Virus record (IMG/VR): IMGVR_UViG_3300042987_001724
DNA: 64,000 nucleotides
From: a virus
Taxonomy: Duplodnaviria > Heunggongvirae > Uroviricota > Caudoviricetes
Direction: 5' to 3' (one strand)
Below the pieces are notes generated by a model. It saw only the letters and a list, made by a program, of their open reading frames with translations, had not been told where the DNA came from and made no database searches. The position numbers were made by a program, and so were the translations under genes. This document shows positions 27,053 to 35,406 of this stretch, piece by piece. Position 1 is the first letter of the stretch. Each line of letters begins with the position of its first letter.

Positions 27053-30000
27053 ATGCTTCCTTCAACCGCGTATTTGCTTTCCGACGCTTTTCGGCAGTCC
27101 ATTCAGTTTTCTACGGTGACGCCAGCGGCCCCTCACTCGCCAGTCCAGCACGCGACGATTGACCACAACACATTGAGCCATGCGGAGTTGGCGAACGCAG
27201 TAAAAACAGGCGGTCCGCACCAATTTCATGAATCAGAGCTTCCCAAGATCGGAATGCGGCTACGGAAGTCCGGCCAATTTTCAGCGGCAGACATCGTGGA
27301 TAACCATGCCAAGGCAATTCAGGCCGCGAAACAGCCCCCCGCCGCGCCTGTCGCCCAACGGCCAAATCTCCCCGCCTACGCTGGGGTTCTGTCGCCGAAT
27401 CGCAAAAAAGCCGTCATGGATTTTGTCAATCACGCGAATCCTGACGTTCAAAAGCATGTTGCCGATCATCAGGTCCACGTCCCCGGACTGACGCCCAAAG
27501 AAGCCTACGTGCGAGCACAGAAAGCCTACGACACATTCCATGCCGCGCACATGGGCGTTCCGCTGGCGACTCCTACCGCTTCACAGCCGACGGCAGCGCC
27601 GCAGTCAGCCCAACAATCGCCACCGCAGCCCGGAGTCTCTGCCTCTGCTCCACAACCAGCCGAGGATAAGGGTTCCGATTGGGATCTATGGAAAAACAAG
27701 GGGAGTCGGCCTCCGTTGAGTAGCCAGCAAAGGGCGGCGATTGGTCGGAAAATGGGGCTGACTGTCGGAACGCCAGAGGATGACGCACATCTCCCGAAGA
27801 CTATGCTGAACATCAGAAGTGATTATGCGGCGAACGCGGTAAAGGAGGAGGAGCCGGCGTACCAAAAGCCACTCATAGACCCCTCAAAGTACATTCCAGA
27901 TCGAAATGACCGCCTGCGATTGCGGACAATGGAAGCATGGGCGTTCAAGACTCCAGAGGGAAAAAAGGCTTACGATGAGTCCGGGATTGAAAAACTTGGA
28001 ATGGGGAAGCAACACACAGAGGCATTTCACCAACTTTACGACAAGTATCATTCCGGGCAGCAATCCGCACCCCCAGCGACACAACCAGCGAAGCAAACCC
28101 CGGCAGACGTCGCGAAGATGCACGCCGAAGCCGTCCGCAGTGGTCGCCCGGTCCCACCGCAGTATCTTGATCGCGTTCAGAAAAACCTGCGAGCACACGG
28201 CTACCATGCCGAGGCCGATCAGATCGCCCCGAAACAGGATGACGCGGCCTATGCTGCCGATCAGTTCGGATCGGGAACGATTCCGGCAACAACCGGGATC
28301 ACCGGCGCGGGGATGAAACGTCCCGGAGCACCTGCCCCGCAGAGATCGTTCTTGAATGACGAATCCACTGGCAGTCCAGCTAAATTACCGCCACGCCGCC
28401 CCGCACCAGCAAGCACGCCAGCCGAACAGCTTCCCGCCCCGAAGTTTGGTTACAGCACCCACACCGCACCGGCTGGAGTTGTCCCCGGAGAGCAATCAGA
28501 ACAACAGCCATCAACCCACGGTCGATTCTCCAGACTTCTCGACGCCGCGCGGCAGGGAAAGTTGAAAGAACACGTCGAAGGCGGTTTAGGGAACTTTTTT
28601 GACAAGTTCGAGCGACACGGCGGTAAACTTCTGAAAAAGATCGGCATCGACACCGGCTACAACGAGCAGGAATACAGCCGAGTTTCCGTAGCAATCGCCA
28701 ATCTGAACGATATCGTCCAAGAGTTCGCACGGAAATCCGATCCGAACCAGATGAGCTTATTTGGCGGTGACGAAATCGCACTGGCAACGGCCCCAAAGTC
28801 CAAGACCAGAAATCTGCGAAAGCCCGCCCCCGGTCAGAAGTCGTTCAATTGGGACGAAGATAGCCACCCTCGCGAAAAGGATCATCACGACGGGAAGCGG
28901 CCCGGAGAGTTCGCTCCAAAGGAATCCGGACACACATCAGCCACGAAACAAGAGCCGGAACCTGAAGAATCAGCCGAAAAACCGGAATCGGAACAGAAGC
29001 CGGACACGAAGCGGACATATTCGGCCAAAGGAAACGAGGTCCACGACGCCGACGGTGTCCGCCACGGCGCATTCCGCAACGAAGAAAAAGCGAAAGAGGC
29101 CGCAGAGCGATGGAACCGGGAAGGGAAACCAAACTCGACCCCAGCGGCGAAAGCTGTCGAAGCGACGTTCCCTTCACTGGCGGGATATGTGGAGCCGGAA
29201 TCGCCTCGCGAAGAACTCAAGAAGATTGCCGATGAGCACTTGGCGAGCGAGATTCCACCGGCACAGAATCCAGTTTCGGGACCAAAAGCAACCGACGGAA
29301 CAATTCCCGGACTGGAGCCAGAAAAGCCGAGCGAGACCCCACGGGAAGCCGCTGAACGGCAACAAAAGGCACTGGACGCCGATTACGAATTCGCCCGACA
29401 ATCCGCCGTCCGAAACGCAGGAGAAGACTTGAAAGGATCGGCAAGGCACAAGCGAAACGCTTGGCAAGGGCTTGATGACGCCGAAGAGAACGGAACCGCC
29501 GCAGAATTGGTGACTCGCGACAATTTACTGAAAGCCGAGCCTCACGACCTGATGTCGGCAGCAGATGAAAACCCGCGAACTTCTCTGGCTGGTTATTTCG
29601 CCCTTCGATCTTTTCCCGCAAAACCGGGTTCGACATCGAAACGTGTTCGCATAGACGAAGAGACCGCTAAGAAAGATCGCCGACAGTTCTTGGAGACATA
29701 CAGGCAGTACAAATCGAAGATCGAAGAACTGGCAAAAACAGAGCCAGATCCCGCAAAGGCCATCGCAGAGATTCGTGGCTGGGTTGGTAAAAAAATCAAT
29801 GAATTGCGGGGGATTGAAAAGAACAGGTCAGACTATATGGCCAACGCAGGGTTGATTGGTGACGACAAGTACAACAACACAGCGAATGGATTGGTCGACA
29901 CGTACAAGTCGCTCGGACACAGGAAAACTGGCGTTGCTTCCCGGCTACAAGACTTCGACTTCCTTGCTCGCGAAAAATACGGTTCAGAAAAACCAAGCAC

Positions 30001-31048
30001 AGATGATTTGGCAGAGCACGCCAAGGACATCATTGAAGGCCGGTCAATGCCTGACGCATTTGGCGCGAAGGGGACCAAGAAGTCTCAGTTCAACGCATCA
30101 GATGCGTATGTGAAACACGCCATTCGCAAGGGCGGTCGCGACGTCTCGAAACTGACGAAAAACCCGAACGAAGCCGCCAAGCATATCCTTGAGAAGTTCG
30201 GCGCTCGCGGTGTTCAGTGGGGCAATAGCGTCACCGATGACGAGCGGATGCACCATGCGTCGAAACTGGTTGAGTCCCTTGCTGATCTCGCCGACATGAC
30301 AGGACTGAAGCCAGAGGATCTAAGCCTTGGCGGGAAACTTGGGTGGGCAGTCGGAGCACGCGGCCACGGCACGGCGTCCGCGCACTACGAGCCGGGAACA
30401 CAGGTCATTAACCTAACTCGCAAATCCGGAGTCGGGGCGCTGGCGCACGAGTGGGCGCACGCATTCGATCACTCGCATTCTAACTACAATATCATTAGCG
30501 ACGGCGAAAAACGCATGGGCGATTACGAGTCAGGAAACTGGTATCCGCAGAAGTTTAGCGGCAGCAGTCGGACACCAGTGGATCAAACGAAAAAGCCGCT
30601 ATGGCAGGCATACGAGGCTGTCCGTCAAGCATGGGCAAAAAGCGGATTCGACAAGCGTCTTTCCGCTGCCGTTTCACACCACATCAATGAAGGTCGGATG
30701 TCAAAGGGTAAACGAGACTATTGGCTTTCAAAACACGAGAAATTCGCACGCACTTTCGAGCGGTTCATCCAGCACAAGTTGCGTGAAAACGGCAGAGACA
30801 ACACGTATCTGTCTGGACTGGCATCAATCGAAGGTGAGCACGCATTGTGGCCGAACGACGAGGAAATCAAGGTGATGGCCCCCGCATTCGAGAAGCTGCT
30901 GTCGCACTATCGCAAAGAAAAGTACGGCGACGAAAAACCGCAGGAGTTCAGCCGATCTCAGGCGATTGCGTATTTCTCAGGAAACTCGCTCAGTTCAGCA
31001 GTTGAACGCCTGACAGCTCTTTCGTCCTCACTCCGCAACGCAAGCTGA
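27053..31048 (+). CDS. giant polyvalent protein 3 (1331 aa) with zincin metallopeptidase domain
   Basis: P/A/Q-rich N-terminal ~530 aa. Internal module IVQEFARKSDPNQMSLFGG..PAPGQKSFNWDEDSHPREKDHHDGKRPGEFAPK. HExxH zincin motif LAHEWAHAFDH. Ends KPQEFSRSQAIAYFSG plus tail. Confidence 0.85.
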   Translation: MLPSTAYLLSDAFRQSIQFSTVTPAAPHSPVQHATIDHNTLSHAELANAVKTGGPHQFHESELPKIGMRLRKSGQFSAADIVDNHAKAIQAAKQPPAAPVAQRPNLPAYAGVLSPNRKKAVMDFVNHANPDVQKHVADHQVHVPGLTPKEAYVRAQKAYDTFHAAHMGVPLATPTASQPTAAPQSAQQSPPQPGVSASAPQPAEDKGSDWDLWKNKGSRPPLSSQQRAAIGRKMGLTVGTPEDDAHLPKTMLNIRSDYAANAVKEEEPAYQKPLIDPSKYIPDRNDRLRLRTMEAWAFKTPEGKKAYDESGIEKLGMGKQHTEAFHQLYDKYHSGQQSAPPATQPAKQTPADVAKMHAEAVRSGRPVPPQYLDRVQKNLRAHGYHAEADQIAPKQDDAAYAADQFGSGTIPATTGITGAGMKRPGAPAPQRSFLNDESTGSPAKLPPRRPAPASTPAEQLPAPKFGYSTHTAPAGVVPGEQSEQQPSTHGRFSRLLDAARQGKLKEHVEGGLGNFFDKFERHGGKLLKKIGIDTGYNEQEYSRVSVAIANLNDIVQEFARKSDPNQMSLFGGDEIALATAPKSKTRNLRKPAPGQKSFNWDEDSHPREKDHHDGKRPGEFAPKESGHTSATKQEPEPEESAEKPESEQKPDTKRTYSAKGNEVHDADGVRHGAFRNEEKAKEAAERWNREGKPNSTPAAKAVEATFPSLAGYVEPESPREELKKIADEHLASEIPPAQNPVSGPKATDGTIPGLEPEKPSETPREAAERQQKALDADYEFARQSAVRNAGEDLKGSARHKRNAWQGLDDAEENGTAAELVTRDNLLKAEPHDLMSAADENPRTSLAGYFALRSFPAKPGSTSKRVRIDEETAKKDRRQFLETYRQYKSKIEELAKTEPDPAKAIAEIRGWVGKKINELRGIEKNRSDYMANAGLIGDDKYNNTANGLVDTYKSLGHRKTGVASRLQDFDFLAREKYGSEKPSTDDLAEHAKDIIEGRSMPDAFGAKGTKKSQFNASDAYVKHAIRKGGRDVSKLTKNPNEAAKHILEKFGARGVQWGNSVTDDERMHHASKLVESLADLADMTGLKPEDLSLGGKLGWAVGARGHGTASAHYEPGTQVINLTRKSGVGALAHEWAHAFDHSHSNYNIISDGEKRMGDYESGNWYPQKFSGSSRTPVDQTKKPLWQAYEAVRQAWAKSGFDKRLSAAVSHHINEGRMSKGKRDYWLSKHEKFARTFERFIQHKLRENGRDNTYLSGLASIEGEHALWPNDEEIKVMAPAFEKLLSHYRKEKYGDEKPQEFSRSQAIAYFSGNSLSSAVERLTALSSSLRNAS

Positions 31049-31058
31049 AAGAATCTAT

Positions 31059-34000
31059 ATGGAACCCGGTTTCCTTGCCGCAGTCGATATTCTGGTCAAT
31101 CACTACCTCCCTGAATCCGAGTTCGCCCGCAAGTCGGCACCGAATCAACTTGGATTGTTTGGTGAGGACGAACTTGCCGCAGCCGTGGCCCCGAAGTCTC
31201 GCGCCCGGAATCTGCGAAAACCAGCCAAGGGGCAGATGGCTTTCAATTGGGATGAGGATTCGCACCCCCGAGAGGCGACTGTACACGACGGAAAACGACC
31301 GGGGGAGTTCGCGCCGAAGGAACACGCAGAGGCGGCGAAGGTCGCAGAGATGTACCCGTCCCTGAAAGATGACGTGGAGTCAGAGCCTGATGAGGAACAG
31401 CCGGAACCGGAACCAGTGGCGACTCACGCCGAACCGATCGTTCACAATGGCCATCAGATCGAACCGAAAGTCAGCAAGTCTAGCGACGGCACCGACGAGC
31501 ACTACGCACACTGGAAGAAAAACGGATCATGGGAAGCCGGAGTCACCAACTCGCACGGCAGCAGGGAAGAGGCGATTGAATCCGCGAAAGCGATGATCGA
31601 CGAATCCAATGATTCGAAGCAGCCCGCGAACCCATTCCGCGAAGAAGCCGACAGAATCAGGGCGAAAGCCGATCAGCTTGCGGGTGGAACAGCACACGAC
31701 AAGGCGATGGCATCGGCCTTCATTCTCGGCACCGGACGCCCCGGAAACGCATCGTCACAGCGAACAAGCCGACAGGCTGAGAAACGCATCGACGCAAGTA
31801 TCGACCGGGCATTGAAGGCCACCGAACTGTACGGTAAGGCGAAGTCAGTGGAGGCAAAAGCGGCAGCATTCGACAATGGGCAGATTGACGCCAACGGGAA
31901 TCCAACAGAGAAAGCCGTGGCGGCAAGTGAAGCCCGAAAGACCGCAGCGGACGGAGCAAAGCAGCAAATTGCCGACTACTTGAAGGGAACACTGAAGCCG
32001 GGAGACCTGATCGACATCGGCGGGAATGGTCCGGTTGCAGTGCAGAAGGTCAATAAAACGACGGTGACATCCGAAGGTGGATCGAAGTGGAAGTTCGACG
32101 ACATCACTCCTACGGAAAACGGAAAGCCAATTTCAAGATCCGAGTTTGCGAAGCGAGTCAACGCATTCCACGCCAGCAATGATCAGCCCGCAACTGAGGC
32201 CGCACCGAATCCGATCACAGAGCAATTCCCGTCCCTAAAGGGATTCACAGAAGAACCGAAGCCAGCGGAAGCACCCGCCGAAACCAAAAGCGTCTGGCAG
32301 CTTCCTTCGGAACAGTTCGATGCGATGCTTGAAAAGCAAGCGAATGGTAAAGCACCAGAGGACTCCGGCCCACTCACGCTAGCAAAACTCGACGAACGCA
32401 AGGAGCGCATCAACACCGGGAAAGCAACAGCCGACGAAGTTCGGCAGTGGCACAAGGAACTCAGCGACCCCGCCAATATCGAGGCCATAAAGGCGGAATT
32501 CAACAAGCAGTCCGTCGCCGAATTGAAGTCGAAGGGCGGGACTGGGTACTACAACCGACAAAAGAAAGCCGATCTGATCGAGTCAATCATGGATCACATC
32601 GGCGACGAATACGACGTATCCCCCGGAGGGCTGTCGTATGTGATGAGTCCGGGCGGGAGTTTAATGAAGTCCAAGCAGGCCGCACTTCAGAAAAAACTCG
32701 CCGGATTGACTGACCAGCACATTGCCGATCACGCCGCGAAATTGTCCGGCGCAGTGGCAAAAAGAGAGGAAGCAAGCGAAGCGGTCCAAGAGGGAATCAA
32801 GAATCCACAGACGCTCGACGACTTCCGAAACGCGGTTCGCCATTATGGCGGTTATGCGAACATGCCGGAAGATATCCAAGTGGCGTTTGATGAGTTCGCT
32901 GCGAACCGACGGCGAGAGACTGCCGCACAGTCGAAAGCGAAAGTCACCGGGTTCAGCGGCGGCACCGAAGCCACTGGCGCAACCTCAATCGTCGAAGGTC
33001 ATCACCAGAAGAAAAACGCCCCAACCTACACCGTCACCGTTGAAAAGCATTTGGGCGATGGGTGGGGTGACGCACTGAGTCGAGCACGTCAACTCGGCGG
33101 AAGCTACGTCAATGGGTGGACAGCCAAGGCATACAAGGCAACGCCCGGCTTCCAATTCTTCAATCGGGCTGATGCGGAGAAGTTCCAAAAGTCGCTTGGC
33201 GGTGAGGAAGTAGACCGATCCGACCGTCTGGACGAAAAGAACATCGCCCGGATGGATAACGCATCGGAACGACTGGCCGCACTGTCCGAAGCCACGAAGA
33301 AACGTGCCGAAGAGAAGTTAAACGCACCGCGACAGACGAACACGCACCGCCGCGCCGAACACGCCGCAGGAGCACAGGCACAGGCCCGGTCCGAAGCAGC
33401 CAAGGCGGAAACCATGCAGCGGATCTCCGAAGGGCTGTCATCCGGATCGTTGAAGCATCTCGGCGGAATCCGCGCCAGAACCCACGTTGATACGCTCGAT
33501 TCTCTTCTGCACAACGCGAAGCTGAATGCGTGGCGAGACTCGAAATCGACGTCACAGGATTCCTACGAAGAAATGCGGGAACGTGACGCCACTTCGCAGG
33601 ATATCGCCAAGGCGAAATATCCGTACCCAAGGATTTGGGATCACGAACTCGCCGAACACCTCGACGAGTTATCGCAGATTCCCGGACTGAAGAACATCGC
33701 TCGCGACCTGAAGAGGTCTACAGAGAAATCCCCGTACAAAAAGAAGATCGGCAAGATTTCCATCAATGGCGGTGAAGCCAAGACGGCGGACCAATTGGCA
33801 GATATCCCGCTGGCCCGAGGACTCGTTAAAGACAAGGCTGTCCGAATCCACGTCTCCCAAGATCCGACACTACTGAAGGGACGACACCCAGTCGCCTACA
33901 CAGCCGACGGCGGGAAGACTTGGGGCACGACTCAGGACATCGCCGTTAGCGCAGCCGTTCACGGAGAAATCAACGGGACCAGCAAGCTCGACCTGATCGA

Positions 34001-34850
34001 CCCACCGCAGCACGAACAGGTGGAAATCAAAGATCCGGACACCATCGCCAGCATCCAAAAGGCGATCAAGATCCTGAAAAGGAAGTCAAACCCACGATTG
34101 AAACGTGTCGCGGAATCACTCGGCCAGCACATGGAGGATTACAACCGACTCCAAGGGATGGATATCACGACGCCGATGGAACTTCGGGCCGCACTCCGCG
34201 AATACGCACCGCTCAAGAAGCGACAGGACAAGGAAGACCCGGTAAAGGCCAAGGAAAGATCGTTGGTCGGTCGCAAAATAGACGGCTTTTTCCCGACACC
34301 ACGCCCGGCGATCGACAAGATGCTGGCCGCAGCAGACATCCAGCCCGGAATGAGCGTATTGGAGCCGTCCGCAGGCAAGGGCGATATCCTTGATGCAGTG
34401 AAGGAACAGCACCCCGACGCCAAGACCATCGGGATCGAAACGAATTCGGATCTCCGCGACCTCATCGGCATGAAAGGCCACGAGTTACACGACGACACCG
34501 ACTTCCTTCAGCACAACGGCCAATACGATCGAATCGTAATGAATCCACCTTTTGAAAATCGTCAGGACGCGACGCATGTTCAGCACGCTTTCAAGAACCT
34601 CAAGCCGGGAGGCAGGCTGGTAGCCATCATGGGGGCAGGCGTGTTCGGTGGCAGCAGCAAAAAGGATCAGGAGTTCCGGGACTGGCTCGACGAGCACGGC
34701 GGGGAAGTCGAAGACATGCCGGAAGGTTCATTCAACGGGGCCGACGCATTCCGCAAAACCGGCGTCAACACCCGCATGGTAGTGATTGACAAACCACACG
34801 ATACCAAACAGTTCAGCCGGGATCTCGCCTTCGTCCTTTCTCGCATTTGA
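31059..34850 (+). CDS. giant polyvalent protein 4 (1263 aa) with C-terminal N6-adenine DNA methyltransferase domain
   Basis: N-terminal leader MEPGFLAAVDILVNHYLPESEFARKSAPNQLGLFGED..KGQMAFNWDEDSHPREATVHDGKRPGEFAPK. MTase motif I VLEPSAGKGDIL and motif IV NPPF (DRIVMNPPFEN). C-terminal KQFSRDLAFVLSRI. Confidence 0.9.
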   Translation: MEPGFLAAVDILVNHYLPESEFARKSAPNQLGLFGEDELAAAVAPKSRARNLRKPAKGQMAFNWDEDSHPREATVHDGKRPGEFAPKEHAEAAKVAEMYPSLKDDVESEPDEEQPEPEPVATHAEPIVHNGHQIEPKVSKSSDGTDEHYAHWKKNGSWEAGVTNSHGSREEAIESAKAMIDESNDSKQPANPFREEADRIRAKADQLAGGTAHDKAMASAFILGTGRPGNASSQRTSRQAEKRIDASIDRALKATELYGKAKSVEAKAAAFDNGQIDANGNPTEKAVAASEARKTAADGAKQQIADYLKGTLKPGDLIDIGGNGPVAVQKVNKTTVTSEGGSKWKFDDITPTENGKPISRSEFAKRVNAFHASNDQPATEAAPNPITEQFPSLKGFTEEPKPAEAPAETKSVWQLPSEQFDAMLEKQANGKAPEDSGPLTLAKLDERKERINTGKATADEVRQWHKELSDPANIEAIKAEFNKQSVAELKSKGGTGYYNRQKKADLIESIMDHIGDEYDVSPGGLSYVMSPGGSLMKSKQAALQKKLAGLTDQHIADHAAKLSGAVAKREEASEAVQEGIKNPQTLDDFRNAVRHYGGYANMPEDIQVAFDEFAANRRRETAAQSKAKVTGFSGGTEATGATSIVEGHHQKKNAPTYTVTVEKHLGDGWGDALSRARQLGGSYVNGWTAKAYKATPGFQFFNRADAEKFQKSLGGEEVDRSDRLDEKNIARMDNASERLAALSEATKKRAEEKLNAPRQTNTHRRAEHAAGAQAQARSEAAKAETMQRISEGLSSGSLKHLGGIRARTHVDTLDSLLHNAKLNAWRDSKSTSQDSYEEMRERDATSQDIAKAKYPYPRIWDHELAEHLDELSQIPGLKNIARDLKRSTEKSPYKKKIGKISINGGEAKTADQLADIPLARGLVKDKAVRIHVSQDPTLLKGRHPVAYTADGGKTWGTTQDIAVSAAVHGEINGTSKLDLIDPPQHEQVEIKDPDTIASIQKAIKILKRKSNPRLKRVAESLGQHMEDYNRLQGMDITTPMELRAALREYAPLKKRQDKEDPVKAKERSLVGRKIDGFFPTPRPAIDKMLAAADIQPGMSVLEPSAGKGDILDAVKEQHPDAKTIGIETNSDLRDLIGMKGHELHDDTDFLQHNGQYDRIVMNPPFENRQDATHVQHAFKNLKPGGRLVAIMGAGVFGGSSKKDQEFRDWLDEHGGEVEDMPEGSFNGADAFRKTGVNTRMVVIDKPHDTKQFSRDLAFVLSRI
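31241..31318 (+). repeat. about 78-nt direct repeat, copy B
   Basis: Near-identical to 19262..19340. Both encode the WDED-HPRE-HDGKRPGEF box. Confidence 0.8.
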
Positions 34851-34894
34851 TGAATTAGGGAAGTTTCGTATAATCTCCCCGAAAGGAGCTAGTT

Positions 34895-35395
34895 TTGGCA
34901 AATCAAGCACAAGTGACGGCTCAACTGTACGCGAAGGAAACTGTCGCAGCGACAGATACCGCACCGAGTTACGATCAGCCCGCAGACATCGCGAACTATC
35001 CGACGCAATACTCTGCGTCACAGTTTCCGGGGCTGACGATCTGGGCACAGACCGTCACGCTGACGGCGGGAGCCTTGACACTCGATTTGACCGCACTGGC
35101 TCGCGCTGGGGCATCAACCGTCAATCTGACCGGGAAACGCATTCTGGCGGCCAAGGCTGTTGCGCTGGCGACGAATACGCATCCGGTCACCATCAAGCCC
35201 GGAGCGAGCAACCCCTATTCCGCTCTCGGCCTTGGCATCAGTCTCGGCGTTTCCGCTGTTACCACTGAACGACCGGATGAAGCTCTATTGCACATCCCGT
35301 CCGGGACAGCAGTTGACGCCACTCACAAAAATCTCGACTTCGCCAGTAGTGATGCTGACGCATCCGTAGCCATTATCATCATCGCCCGCACATAA
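34895..35395 (+). CDS. beta-rich structural-like protein (TTG start)
   Basis: Strong AAAGGAG RBS 7 nt upstream of TTG, and a TATAAT box ~25 nt upstream. Ala/Thr/Ser/Val-rich beta-type composition typical of virion accessory proteins. Inserted between giant genes 4 and 5. Confidence 0.5.
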   Translation: MANQAQVTAQLYAKETVAATDTAPSYDQPADIANYPTQYSASQFPGLTIWAQTVTLTAGALTLDLTALARAGASTVNLTGKRILAAKAVALATNTHPVTIKPGASNPYSALGLGISLGVSAVTTERPDEALLHIPSGTAVDATHKNLDFASSDADASVAIIIIART

Positions 35396-35406
35396 GGCCC
35401 GCAAAC

